Shown piece by piece: positions 8,077 through 16,000 of a stretch of 32,000 nucleotides of DNA. Source of the stretch: Candidatus Caldarchaeum sp. (GTDB lineage: Archaea; Thermoproteota; Nitrososphaeria_A; Caldarchaeales; Caldarchaeaceae); assembly GCA_038885755.1 (NCBI GenBank), contig JAVZZH010000001.1:231432-263431 (forward strand), written 5' to 3'. Below the pieces are notes generated by a model that was not told where the DNA came from, did not search any database, and saw nothing but the letters and a program-made list of their open reading frames with translations. The number at the start of each line of letters is the position of its first letter. Within the stretch, counting starts at the first letter, position 1. A program made the translations under genes and the position numbers.

Positions 8077-9241
8077 CGAGCCTCACCCTTACAGAGAGTG
8101 GAGCAGCCCTCCTGCTCGTGTGGACGAAGACCACGTCCCCGTCTTTCAGCCCCGAGCCTATCAAGGTTTCGGATTCGTTTATCAGCCGGGTTCCGTGCTG
8201 GAGCTGGACGTCCGGGAACATAAACTTGCTGGATATTCTCTCCAAGAAATCGACTACTCTTTCGTGAGGATGTGCGGTCATCTCGACTGGTTTATCGCTG
8301 TCAGACCCGCATACATGGCAGAGCTCGTTCCTAGCAAGCCTGACCCTAGAGACACGGCCGTTCAGCCCGTCGTAAACGAGCAGCCCGCTCAAAGACCTTC
8401 CCAAAGAGCCGTCGTGCAGAACTCTAACGACTTCGAAGACGCCTAGGCCGGCTACTGTTGCGGATATGCTTAGAACGGCTGGAATCTTCGGGTTGAGCAG
8501 ACTACGTAAACGGTTGACGAGGTTTTTGAGCTCTGGACTCAGCCCGTCGACAACCTTCTGAGGGGCGTATTTTATGTCGTAGAGCGTCTTGATGTTGTGG
8601 TTGAAAAGCTCAGCCGCCTCATCCAACCCCACTGCTATGCCTCTGTCCCTGAGCTCGGAGACGAGGTCTTCAGGCTTCCTCCGCCTCAGAGAGCATTCAG
8701 CTGCCTGAACCTCCAAAGGGATCAGGGCCTCCGCATGACACTCGATACAAGCCGTCTGTCGCGGGATTATCGTCTGAACGTTCCCGTAGTATCCGTCGGT
8801 CGCTAGGTCGACTAAAGGCTTGCCCAGCTCCACGGCCATAGAGTTAATCCATCGCCTAGTCGGCCAGTTGTCTACACAGCTGACCAGCACGTCGAACTCA
8901 GAGAAGACATCCTCACCTATGTTCCTTACATCCTTGTGCATCCCAACAACGTGCACTAGAGGGTTCATGCGTCTAACCCGCTGCTCCGCAAGCTCCGCCT
9001 TCGGCTTTCCTATATCCTCGTCGACGTAAAGCATCTGCCTGCTTAGGTTGGAGAGCTCAACGACGTCGTTGTCGACTAGAAGCAGTTCGCCCACGCCCAT
9101 CAACGCTAGGTTCTTAGCCGCTTCACATCCAAGAGCGCCGACTCCAGCGACCAGCACACGGGCTGACGCCAGCCTGCGCTGGTCCCAGCCCTCAAGCATT
9201 AGTTGTCTGTCGTACCGTGCTAGTGCTGAGCCTGCATCCAA
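8051..9241 (-). CDS. Ubiquitin-activating enzyme E1-like protein with C-terminal ubiquitin-fold-like region
   Basis: YDRQLMLEGWDQRRLASARVLVAGVGALGCEAAKNLALMGVGELLLVDNDVVELSNLSRQMLY; IIPRQTACIECHAEALIPLEVQAAECSL; CHVCG; C-terminal LQHGTRLINESETLIGSGLKDGDVVFV. Confidence 0.95.
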   Translation of the reverse strand: MDAGSALARYDRQLMLEGWDQRRLASARVLVAGVGALGCEAAKNLALMGVGELLLVDNDVVELSNLSRQMLYVDEDIGKPKAELAEQRVRRMNPLVHVVGMHKDVRNIGEDVFSEFDVLVSCVDNWPTRRWINSMAVELGKPLVDLATDGYYGNVQTIIPRQTACIECHAEALIPLEVQAAECSLRRRKPEDLVSELRDRGIAVGLDEAAELFNHNIKTLYDIKYAPQKVVDGLSPELKNLVNRLRSLLNPKIPAVLSISATVAGLGVFEVVRVLHDGSLGRSLSGLLVYDGLNGRVSRVRLARNELCHVCGSDSDKPVEMTAHPHERVVDFLERISSKFMFPDVQLQHGTRLINESETLIGSGLKDGDVVFVHTSRRAAPLSVRVRLVEDSGQGS

Positions 9242-9242
9242 C

Positions 9243-9749
9243 CTAGAGACCCTTTCTCCTGCCCAGCTTAAAAGCTTCCTCCGGAGAGGCGTAGACCTCT
9301 AAAAACTGTCTCACCCGGGCCATGAAGAGGTCGGGCCTGTTTTTGTACTCGAAGGCAGCGATGGGGTTTAGCGGGTCTTCGGGGTTGGGGTTGTTCAGCA
9401 GGTTTCTGAGAGCCTCTATGACGGCGACTATTCTGAGGGAGGGCGACCAGTGGTCCTTGAAGACAGACTCGCAGACGCGAGCCGGAACTGTGTCTGAGAA
9501 GTTTGGATGCCATATTCTTGTGTGCCAAACTATGTCGGGCGGGAAGTAGGGGTACGAGCGCGGTATAAGGATCTCGACCCTGAAGTATCCGCCCTCGTAA
9601 ATGTTTGTCCCGATTATCACGCCCTCGTAGTGTGTAAGGTCGTTCTCGACCGGGCTGAACGTCGGTTCATTTTCCTGGATGAGCGAATACTCGAGCGCCA
9701 GCCTCCTGTGCCATGCGCTCTCAGGCAGCTCAGCGTAAACGTTCTCCAT
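9243..9749 (-). CDS. Ubiquitin-conjugating enzyme E2-like protein (UBC fold)
   Basis: YPYFPPDIVWHTRIWHPNFSDTVPARVCESVFKDHWSPSLRIVAVIEALRNLLNNPNPEDPLNPIAAFEYKNRPDLF. HPN motif, candidate catalytic Cys and the W-SP / LLxxPNPxDPLN block are all present. Confidence 0.93.
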   Translation of the reverse strand: MENVYAELPESAWHRRLALEYSLIQENEPTFSPVENDLTHYEGVIIGTNIYEGGYFRVEILIPRSYPYFPPDIVWHTRIWHPNFSDTVPARVCESVFKDHWSPSLRIVAVIEALRNLLNNPNPEDPLNPIAAFEYKNRPDLFMARVRQFLEVYASPEEAFKLGRRKGL

Positions 9750-9984
9750 TTCCCCCCACCGTACGGGTGATGAGGACGAACTTATCCCCGTCGGCGACGC
9801 CTAGGCTCTGAAGGGTCTCCGTGTCCTTCAACGCCCTTCCCTTGTATGTAAGCCTAGTTGTGTCTGGGGGGAGCTTCCTCATGGCGCATACCTTGGTCCT
9901 AACCGCTCCAATCGTTGCGTTCGGCGAAACCTCCAACTCTAAAGGGCTTCCTCCACCCACGGCAGGCACTATCTTTATCTTCAT
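9730..9984 (-). CDS. Ubiquitin-like modifier precursor
   Basis: 84 aa, LELEVSPNATIGAVRTKVCAMRKLPPDTTRLTYKGRALKDTETLQSLGVADGDKFVLITRTVGG followed by NGERLR. Co-linear with ubiquitin; ends in GG plus a six-residue tail. Confidence 0.95.
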   Translation of the reverse strand: MKIKIVPAVGGGSPLELEVSPNATIGAVRTKVCAMRKLPPDTTRLTYKGRALKDTETLQSLGVADGDKFVLITRTVGGNGERLR

Positions 9985-10007
9985 ACTGCAGGCTTGTTAA
10001 GCTAAAG

Positions 10008-10018
10008 TGTATATAAGG
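10008..10018 (-). promoter_or_regulatory. TATA-like box for the Ubl-E2-E1-RING operon
   Basis: Plus strand TGTATATAAGG (minus CCTTATATACA) about 25-30 nt upstream of ATG at 9984. Confidence 0.65.
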
Positions 10019-10042
10019 TTTAACGGCGTGTAAAACGTCGAA

Positions 10043-10067
10043 AATGTCGATGAAATATTTCGACATT
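10043..10067. promoter_or_regulatory. Inverted repeat in the divergent Ubl/JAMM promoter region, candidate operator
   Basis: AATGTCGA-(9 nt)-TCGACATT, perfect 8-nt arms, plus an overlapping GTCGAAA/TTTCGAC pair. Confidence 0.5.
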
Positions 10068-10100
10068 CCCGAAAGAGTCTAGTCGTCGGGAGAAACACGA

Positions 10101-10112
10101 CATTTTTAATAC
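10101..10112 (+). promoter_or_regulatory. TATA-like box for the JAMM protease gene
   Basis: CATTTTTAATAC about 25-30 nt upstream of the start codons at 10127/10136. Confidence 0.55.
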
Positions 10113-10126
10113 CCGGCTTTGTCTCC

Positions 10127-10744
10127 TTGGAAGCGATGCGTGTAAGGATATACCCGCTAGCCCTAGCTAAGATTGTCAAGCATTCAACCACCTTCCTGAA
10201 CAAGGAGGTTGCCGGGCTGCTGGTGGGTAAGTCGGCGGGGAAGGTCCTCGAAGTGTGGGACGCCGTGACCGGGGAGCAGTACGGAACCGCCGCCTACGTC
10301 CATCTCGACGAGGCTGTGATGTCTCGTGTTGCGGAGCAGCTTTCTGAGGATGGTAAAGGCCTTTACATAGTGGGATGGTATCATTCACACCCCGGGTTGA
10401 CGGTTTTCCTATCTCCCACCGACATAGACACTCAGAAACGTTATCAGAGCATTTATCCCAAGGCCGTGGCCTTGGTGATAGACCCGTCCAAGTATGTCGA
10501 GACACGTAGGATCTCGTCGATCGACTTCAAAGTCTTCCAGATATCGAAGGAGGGGAAAGTGGTGTCCCTGCCCGTGTCTATAGGAGTTCAGAGGTCTAAG
10601 CTGCTGGAGAGCACTTTCCATGCTTTGAGCACTTTTGATGTGAGGCATCTACTCCAGCAGTCGGAGGGTATGACTGAGAGCGGTCCGCAAGCCGGTGAAG
10701 ACGGAAGCTTGCTGGGAAAAGCTAAAAAGCTGTTCGGAAGATGA
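10127..10744 (+). CDS. Rpn11/JAMM (MPN+) metalloprotease-like deubiquitinase homologue
   Basis: KEVAGLLVG plus GWYHSHPGLTVFLSPTDIDTQ (HxHx7SxxD). TTG at 10127 or ATG at 10136. Confidence 0.93.
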   Translation: MEAMRVRIYPLALAKIVKHSTTFLNKEVAGLLVGKSAGKVLEVWDAVTGEQYGTAAYVHLDEAVMSRVAEQLSEDGKGLYIVGWYHSHPGLTVFLSPTDIDTQKRYQSIYPKAVALVIDPSKYVETRRISSIDFKVFQISKEGKVVSLPVSIGVQRSKLLESTFHALSTFDVRHLLQQSEGMTESGPQAGEDGSLLGKAKKLFGR

Positions 10745-10757
10745 GGAGGGAGACGCG

Positions 10758-11531
10758 TTGCCTAAGAAAATCGTGCTGAAGATAAAGCATGAACAGCAGC
10801 AGGAGCAGCCGGAGGTCGAGCCAGCCCAGCAACAACCTATTGAGGTGCCGGCCGTCGCCGAGCCCGAGCCTGCACCACCTCAGCAAGCTCCTCAGCCGGG
10901 AGACCTTGAGGAAGCCCTGAAGCAGTACCAGGACTTGATGAAAGAGCTTGAGCTGATCAAGAACCTCGACAAGAACTTCATAGCCTACTGCGTAAAGCTC
11001 GAAGACCTTAGGCCTAACCTTATCAGGAGCATTCTGGGGCGTTTGTCGGAGAAGCGCAACGCTTTGCTGGAGAGATCTGCCGCGGTGCTGGAGAGTATGA
11101 AGGCTGTGCGGGATTCGTTGGGGTCGGAGTTTGCTGAGGTTGAGGAGGAGCTCATTTGGAGCAGCATAGAGCTCAACACGATGCAGCTAGAGGGCTCCAA
11201 GGCTGATGCTGCAAGGGTTGGTCTGAAAGAGGAGCTTGAGGCCAAAATACCCGAGCTCCGGAAGAAGCTCACCAACCTGAGGAACAGGCTGAAGATGGTC
11301 GAGGACGTTGTCAAGCAGCTGTCCGAACTTCCACGAAACATAGTCGAACTGACTACCAGCAAGGAGGACATAGCTAAGCTGTTTGAGGATGCAAAGAAGA
11401 GGTATATTCTGACGCATGGCCAGAGGGCGGAGGCTGTGCTTAGGGCCGAGATAGACAGGGTTGCCCAGCAGGAAGCCATTCCCAGAGAATACGCCACGCT
11501 GCTTGTCTGGAAGGCCTCGCTCCAGCGTTAA
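10758..11531 (+). CDS. Coiled-coil protein with Pro/Gln/Glu-rich N-terminal linker, co-directional with JAMM
   Basis: Track ORF starts at 10695 inside the JAMM gene. TTG at 10758 (MPKKIVLKIKHEQQQEQPEV...) removes the overlap and is the likelier start. Confidence 0.7.
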   Translation: MPKKIVLKIKHEQQQEQPEVEPAQQQPIEVPAVAEPEPAPPQQAPQPGDLEEALKQYQDLMKELELIKNLDKNFIAYCVKLEDLRPNLIRSILGRLSEKRNALLERSAAVLESMKAVRDSLGSEFAEVEEELIWSSIELNTMQLEGSKADAARVGLKEELEAKIPELRKKLTNLRNRLKMVEDVVKQLSELPRNIVELTTSKEDIAKLFEDAKKRYILTHGQRAEAVLRAEIDRVAQQEAIPREYATLLVWKASLQR

Positions 11532-11935
11532 ACCACAGGCCTGAACTTCACCCCGTACACTATTAGAGTTGAGTCGCTGTCCCACCTAAGCCTTCTGACA
11601 ACAGCTTCAACAGGTATGCCTGGTTTCAGGTCTTGAGGATTGCAGTCAGTAAGCTGGCCTACGACTCTAGTTCCGTCATCCATCTCTACCAAACCCACGG
11701 CGAAAGGCGTGCTGTTTTCAAACCCTCCTTGGGCTTGGTACACAACAGTGAACTGCACGAGCCTGCCGGTGTTGTTCAGCCTGTCGGAGTCCAGCCTTTT
11801 TGAGGAGCATCTACGGCATGCAAGCCTCTTCAACGGATGGAAGTGGCCGCAGACGGAGCAGCGGCTTCCCTCAAGGCGGTAGATGAACGGTCTGAGCCGC
11901 CAGTAAACGGGAGGTCTGGACGCCACGATGTTCAC
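11528..11935 (-). CDS. DUF35 / OB-fold acyl-CoA-associated zinc ribbon protein
   Basis: CSVCGHFHPLKRLACRRCSS zinc ribbon plus PVVAVVRL-like OB region; overlaps the thiolase stop by 4 nt. Confidence 0.85.
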   Translation of the reverse strand: MNIVASRPPVYWRLRPFIYRLEGSRCSVCGHFHPLKRLACRRCSSKRLDSDRLNNTGRLVQFTVVYQAQGGFENSTPFAVGLVEMDDGTRVVGQLTDCNPQDLKPGIPVEAVVRRLRWDSDSTLIVYGVKFRPVV

Positions 11936-13095
11936 CTAAGGCTCTCTAGGACTACTGCGCCTGCGCTGGACCCTAGGCCGGCGATGGACACGACCATGCC
12001 TTTCTCAGCTCTGTCCACTTGGTTCTTGGCTGCGTTTTGCGTGAGCTGCATGAAAGCCTCGACCAAGGCGTACACTCCCGAGGCCCCTGCCGGATGGCCT
12101 CTCCCTTTCAAGCCTCCGAAAGTGTTTATCGGGAGATCACCGCTTAGGCTGAACCTACCCTTCTCAGCCTCAAGGCAGGCTCTCCCCCTCTCCGCAAGCC
12201 CGAGAGATTCGAGGATGAGCGGGGTCATAATGCTGTAGGATTCGTGGAGCTCTATGAAGTCAAGGTCCCTTCCCCTTAGACCGGCCATCTCCAGTGCTCT
12301 TCTTCCAGCCGTGCTGACCGAGCTCAACTCAAGGGGGTCTTCTCTGTCGAACGGAACTAGAAAGTCTGTCGAGAAGCTTGCTCCTGTGAGGAGGCATTTG
12401 TGGCCGTCGATTTTGCTGGCGAGGTCTTCGGACACGACTATTATGGCGGCGGCTCCGTCGGCTGGCGCGGTAGTTTCGAGCCTGCGCAGAGGCTCCGCCA
12501 CGTAGGGTGAGTTCATGACTGTTTGAAGGTTTAGCTTGAACTGGTATTGTGCGTGAGGGCATGTAGAGGAGTGTTCATGGCTCAGAACGGGGAAGTATGC
12601 TACGTTTTCTGGTAGAAGCTTGTATCTCGATAGGTACTCTTTGTAGAGGAGGGCGGCTTGGGCTAGCTGGCTTACTCCGAGGAACCCGGTGCATTCCTGC
12701 CTCTCCTCCATCGTAAGAAGGCTTAGGGCCTCCTCAGCCGTTCCATCCGACATCTTCTCTACGCCGACAACCATAGCGGCTTTCGAAACCCCCATCATCA
12801 CGGCTGCAGCAGCGGAGTAGAGGGCCATCAACCCAGACACGCCGCCGGCCTCGACACGAGTCGCGGCAACGTTCCTTAGCCCCAGCTCCTCCGCTAGAAC
12901 CGACCCTAGATTAACCTGTTCTTGAAGCTTCTCGCCGTAGACGTTCGCGACGTAGACATGGTCGACTGAGGAGAGGCCTGAGCCCTCCAAGGCTTTCAAC
13001 CCCGCTTCAGCCATCATCTCGGCCAAGCTCCTGTCCCAGTGTTCATCGACTTTGAGGACTGAACCCCCGCAGACGACTGCTTTCAACCTGCTCAC
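11932..13095 (-). CDS. Thiolase-like acetyl-CoA C-acetyltransferase (track ORF over-extended at N-terminus)
   Basis: Homologous part begins VSRLKAVVCGGSVLKVDEHW at GTG 13095, which overlaps the HMG-CoA synthase stop (GTGA). ESYSIMTPL and PINTFGGLKGRGHPAGASG are thiolase-like. Confidence 0.85.
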   Translation of the reverse strand: MSRLKAVVCGGSVLKVDEHWDRSLAEMMAEAGLKALEGSGLSSVDHVYVANVYGEKLQEQVNLGSVLAEELGLRNVAATRVEAGGVSGLMALYSAAAAVMMGVSKAAMVVGVEKMSDGTAEEALSLLTMEERQECTGFLGVSQLAQAALLYKEYLSRYKLLPENVAYFPVLSHEHSSTCPHAQYQFKLNLQTVMNSPYVAEPLRRLETTAPADGAAAIIVVSEDLASKIDGHKCLLTGASFSTDFLVPFDREDPLELSSVSTAGRRALEMAGLRGRDLDFIELHESYSIMTPLILESLGLAERGRACLEAEKGRFSLSGDLPINTFGGLKGRGHPAGASGVYALVEAFMQLTQNAAKNQVDRAEKGMVVSIAGLGSSAGAVVLESLR

Positions 13096-14180
13096 ATCCG
13101 GATCTTGTCTCTGTACTTTAGGTATGTTGCGTAGTCTATTTCTGTCCTCCTGCTGAGCATCTGGGCGTAGGTGGGGGCCCTGTTTCGCCTCTCGACAACG
13201 CCGTCGCAGACGGTCAGGACGAATGAGTCGCTGCCAGCTCCCGAGCCGTAGGATGTGGCCAGTATTCTCTGTCCCGGTGAAGCTATGTCTAGTATCTTTG
13301 CGAGGGCCAGCATGGAGCACGCTGCATAGGTGTTTCCGACCATGTCGGCCACAAGCCCGGGCAGTATCTTCGAGCTCGGTATTGACAAGACCTTGGCAAC
13401 TGCAAGCGGGAACTTGACGTTGGGCTGGTGGAAGGCGAAGTAGTCTATGTCGTTGACTGAGAAACCGTTTTCAGCGAGAATGGTGTTGACAGCCGAGATG
13501 GTGTGGTGGAAGTATGCAGGCTCACCCGTGAACCTTGACGCATGAACGGGATATCTCTCGTAGCTTCTGCGCCAAAAATCAGGAGTGTCCGAGACAAATG
13601 AAACAGAGTACTCAAACCGAGCTATACAGTTGTTGGTGTTAGGCCCTATGACAAAGGCAGCCGCCCCGCTGGCCGCTGTGTACTCGAGGGCGTCGCCCGG
13701 CCTTCCCTGAGCTGTGTCGGCACCAATCGCAATCCCGTACTCTATCCTGCCTGCTTCGACCAGTGCTGTGATGAACTGTACAGCCTCCGTCCCCGCCTTG
13801 CATGCAAACTCCAAGTCGGCGGAGGTAGTGCTTCTTGAAACGCCGAGTATCTCTGCGACGAGCGTCCCGGTGGGCTTGACTGCGTAGGGTTTCGACTCTG
13901 TCCCGACGTGGACGGCGGCTATCCTCGACGGGTCTATTCCCGCCCTCCTCAACGCATACCTGGCTGCTTCAACAGACATCGTCACGGTGTCTTCGTCGAG
14001 TCCAGCCACGGCCTTCTCCTTGACCGGAAGGTCTGCAGGGTTCTTGCCCCAGACCCTAGCCAGCTCCTCGCCCTTCAGCCTGAACCTGGGGAGGTATATG
14101 CCGTATCCATGGATGGCTGCGTTGCTGATTCTGGGCATCTGGGTGTTGGTGCTGTAGGGTTGTATTAAAGTCTCTTGCAT
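13092..14180 (-). CDS. Hydroxymethylglutaryl-CoA synthase, archaeal type
   Basis: AAIHGYGIYLPRFRLKGEELARVWG, HVGTESKPYAVKPTG, FACKAGTEAVQ, YFAFHQPNVKFPLAVAK. Actual start may be the internal Met before PRISNAAIHGYG. Confidence 0.92.
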   Translation of the reverse strand: MQETLIQPYSTNTQMPRISNAAIHGYGIYLPRFRLKGEELARVWGKNPADLPVKEKAVAGLDEDTVTMSVEAARYALRRAGIDPSRIAAVHVGTESKPYAVKPTGTLVAEILGVSRSTTSADLEFACKAGTEAVQFITALVEAGRIEYGIAIGADTAQGRPGDALEYTAASGAAAFVIGPNTNNCIARFEYSVSFVSDTPDFWRRSYERYPVHASRFTGEPAYFHHTISAVNTILAENGFSVNDIDYFAFHQPNVKFPLAVAKVLSIPSSKILPGLVADMVGNTYAACSMLALAKILDIASPGQRILATSYGSGAGSDSFVLTVCDGVVERRNRAPTYAQMLSRRTEIDYATYLKYRDKIRM

Positions 14181-14249
14181 ATGCGGTTTTCGACGTTTGT
14201 CTAACCGTTATAGATTAAAGCCGATAAGCTGTTTAAGGCCCCGAGAGCG

Positions 14250-14699
14250 ATGAGCCAAGACTTGGACGAAAAAGACCGTAAGATCATAGAGGAGCTGATG
14301 GAGAACGCCGAGCAGTCGATTACGGAGCTGGCCGCCAAGCTACGGATACCACGTACAACGGTCCATGAGAGGGTTAAAAGGCTGAAACAGCTGGGAGTGA
14401 TCAAGAAATACACTATTCAGGTTAACTACGCCAAGCTCGGCAAGCCTGCGACAGCTTTCATCCTTATATCTTTTGAGCAGGGAGCGATGTCCCAGAAGAA
14501 GCTGGCCCAGGAGATCGCCAAGCTGCCGGAGGTGGTTGAAGCCCATCTCATAACAGGCGAGTGGGACATCCTTGTCAAGGTTCGGACCGACTCGATGCAG
14601 TCGATCGGGTCTCTAGTAGTCGACAAGCTCAGGATGATGGAGGGGGTTGGAAAAACAATGACCTGCGTCTCCTTCTTCGCTGTAAAGGAATCCTCCTGA
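14250..14699 (+). CDS. Lrp/AsnC-family transcriptional regulator
   Basis: DLDEKDRKIIEELMENAEQSITELAAKLRIPRTTVHERVKRLKQLGVIKKYT HTH plus RAM-type C-terminal domain. Confidence 0.92.
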   Translation: MSQDLDEKDRKIIEELMENAEQSITELAAKLRIPRTTVHERVKRLKQLGVIKKYTIQVNYAKLGKPATAFILISFEQGAMSQKKLAQEIAKLPEVVEAHLITGEWDILVKVRTDSMQSIGSLVVDKLRMMEGVGKTMTCVSFFAVKESS

Positions 14700-14700
14700 G

Positions 14701-15492
14701 ATGGTCCTCGAAAGAGTTAGGGGTTTGGTCATAGACCTCGACGGCTGTGTCTACGTCGGCGACAAGCCGGTTGAAGGGGCTGCTGAAGCAATCAAACAGC
14801 TGAGGAGGACAGGGGTGCGAATAGTCTTCCTGACTAACAACTCGACACTGACAAGGCTGCAGTACGTGGAGAAGCTTTCCCGGATGGGTGTCGAAGCCTA
14901 TACTGAAGAGGTGCTGACGTCAGGCGTTGTCGCGGCTAGGTTCATCGCATCCAGACAACCAAGGTCCAGCTGCTTAGCCGTGGCTGAAGATGGGTTCATC
15001 CTGGAGGCTCAGCCTCTAGGTCTTAGAATCATCGACCCGGGTGAGTGGAGGAGAGCGGACTACGTGGTCGTCGGGCTGGACAGGAAGCTGTCGTATGAAA
15101 AGCTGGCTAAAGCATCCCTAGCCATACGAGCCGGAGCCTTCTTCCTAGCCACAAACCTCGACAACGTCTATCCGTCGGAGGAGGGTTTTTACCCCGGGGC
15201 AGGGTCGATCGCCGCACTGCTGTCGACGGCCACAGGCGTCCAGCCCTACTCTGTTGGGAAACCATCCAAGGAGATGTCCAGACAGGCGCTGGAGCTGCTG
15301 AGGCTTTCGGCTGACGAGGTGGTGTTTGTCGGCGACAGGGTTGACACGGACGTTGCCGCGGCGAGGGCCGTGGGTTGCAGGAGCATCCTCGTCAAAACAG
15401 GTGCATACTCCCTGTTCAGCAAGGACACGTCTGACGCCGACTTGGTGGTCGAAAGCATAGCCAAGGTTCCTGAAGTTCTGTCGGTCAAGTAA
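14701..15492 (+). CDS. HAD-superfamily (NagD-like) phosphatase
   Basis: GLVIDLDGCVYVGDKPVEGAAEAI, VFLTNNSTLT, GKPSKEM, VVFVGDRVDTDVAAARAVG. Confidence 0.9.
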   Translation: MVLERVRGLVIDLDGCVYVGDKPVEGAAEAIKQLRRTGVRIVFLTNNSTLTRLQYVEKLSRMGVEAYTEEVLTSGVVAARFIASRQPRSSCLAVAEDGFILEAQPLGLRIIDPGEWRRADYVVVGLDRKLSYEKLAKASLAIRAGAFFLATNLDNVYPSEEGFYPGAGSIAALLSTATGVQPYSVGKPSKEMSRQALELLRLSADEVVFVGDRVDTDVAAARAVGCRSILVKTGAYSLFSKDTSDADLVVESIAKVPEVLSVK

Positions 15493-15525
15493 ATCTTTTA
15501 TTCCTCCAGCTGTTTAACAATATCG

Positions 15526-15909
15526 TTGGAAACTATCAAAGTCTCAGAGATAATGTCTCGAAAACTGGTGAAGGCGCGGGAGGATGAAACTCTTGCCGAG
15601 GTCGGGGTGAAGATGCTTGAGTCCAAGGTCAGCAGCGTGGTGATAACGTCGGACGACAAGGTCGAGGGAATAGTGACGGAGAAGGATTACGTGAAGTTCT
15701 TCACGTTGAGGGTTTCGCCCGACGAGAAGGTTGGGAACTACATGACTAGGAACGTCATAACCGTTAAGGAGGAGGTCTCTCTCAACACGGCGAGGAACAT
15801 CATGGTTTCGAACAGGATAAGACACCTGCCCGTCGTTGACGAGAAGGGAAGGGCGGTGGGCATGGTCACCGCCAGAGACATCATAGAATCCGTTGAGACA
15901 CTTATCTGA
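15526..15909 (+). CDS. CBS-domain pair protein
   Basis: Two CBS repeats (VSEIMSRKLVKAREDETL... and YMTRNVITVKEEVSLNTARNIMVSNRIRHLPVVDEKGRAVGMVTARDI). Confidence 0.9.
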   Translation: METIKVSEIMSRKLVKAREDETLAEVGVKMLESKVSSVVITSDDKVEGIVTEKDYVKFFTLRVSPDEKVGNYMTRNVITVKEEVSLNTARNIMVSNRIRHLPVVDEKGRAVGMVTARDIIESVETLI

Positions 15910-16000
15910 GGGCTCAGATACCCCAGAGTCTCTCACAGGTCAACCCTAGTTAATCATCATCGCCCACCGGCACGACGGGAAGCCGTTGATTAAACCTTAC

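Noticed and set aside
7958-8446. 162-aa plus-strand ORF over RING and E1 genes
   Set aside because: Opposite strand to strongly supported E1/RING coding frames; no motif.
10985-11585. ORFs 10985..11497 - and 11187..11585 -
   Set aside because: Antisense to the coiled-coil gene downstream of JAMM; Ser/Leu-rich mirror of Glu/Lys coiled-coil codons.
13096-13320. N-terminal extension of the thiolase track ORF
   Set aside because: Overlaps HMG-CoA synthase and reads as non-homologous Arg-rich sequence; GTG 13095 is the better start.
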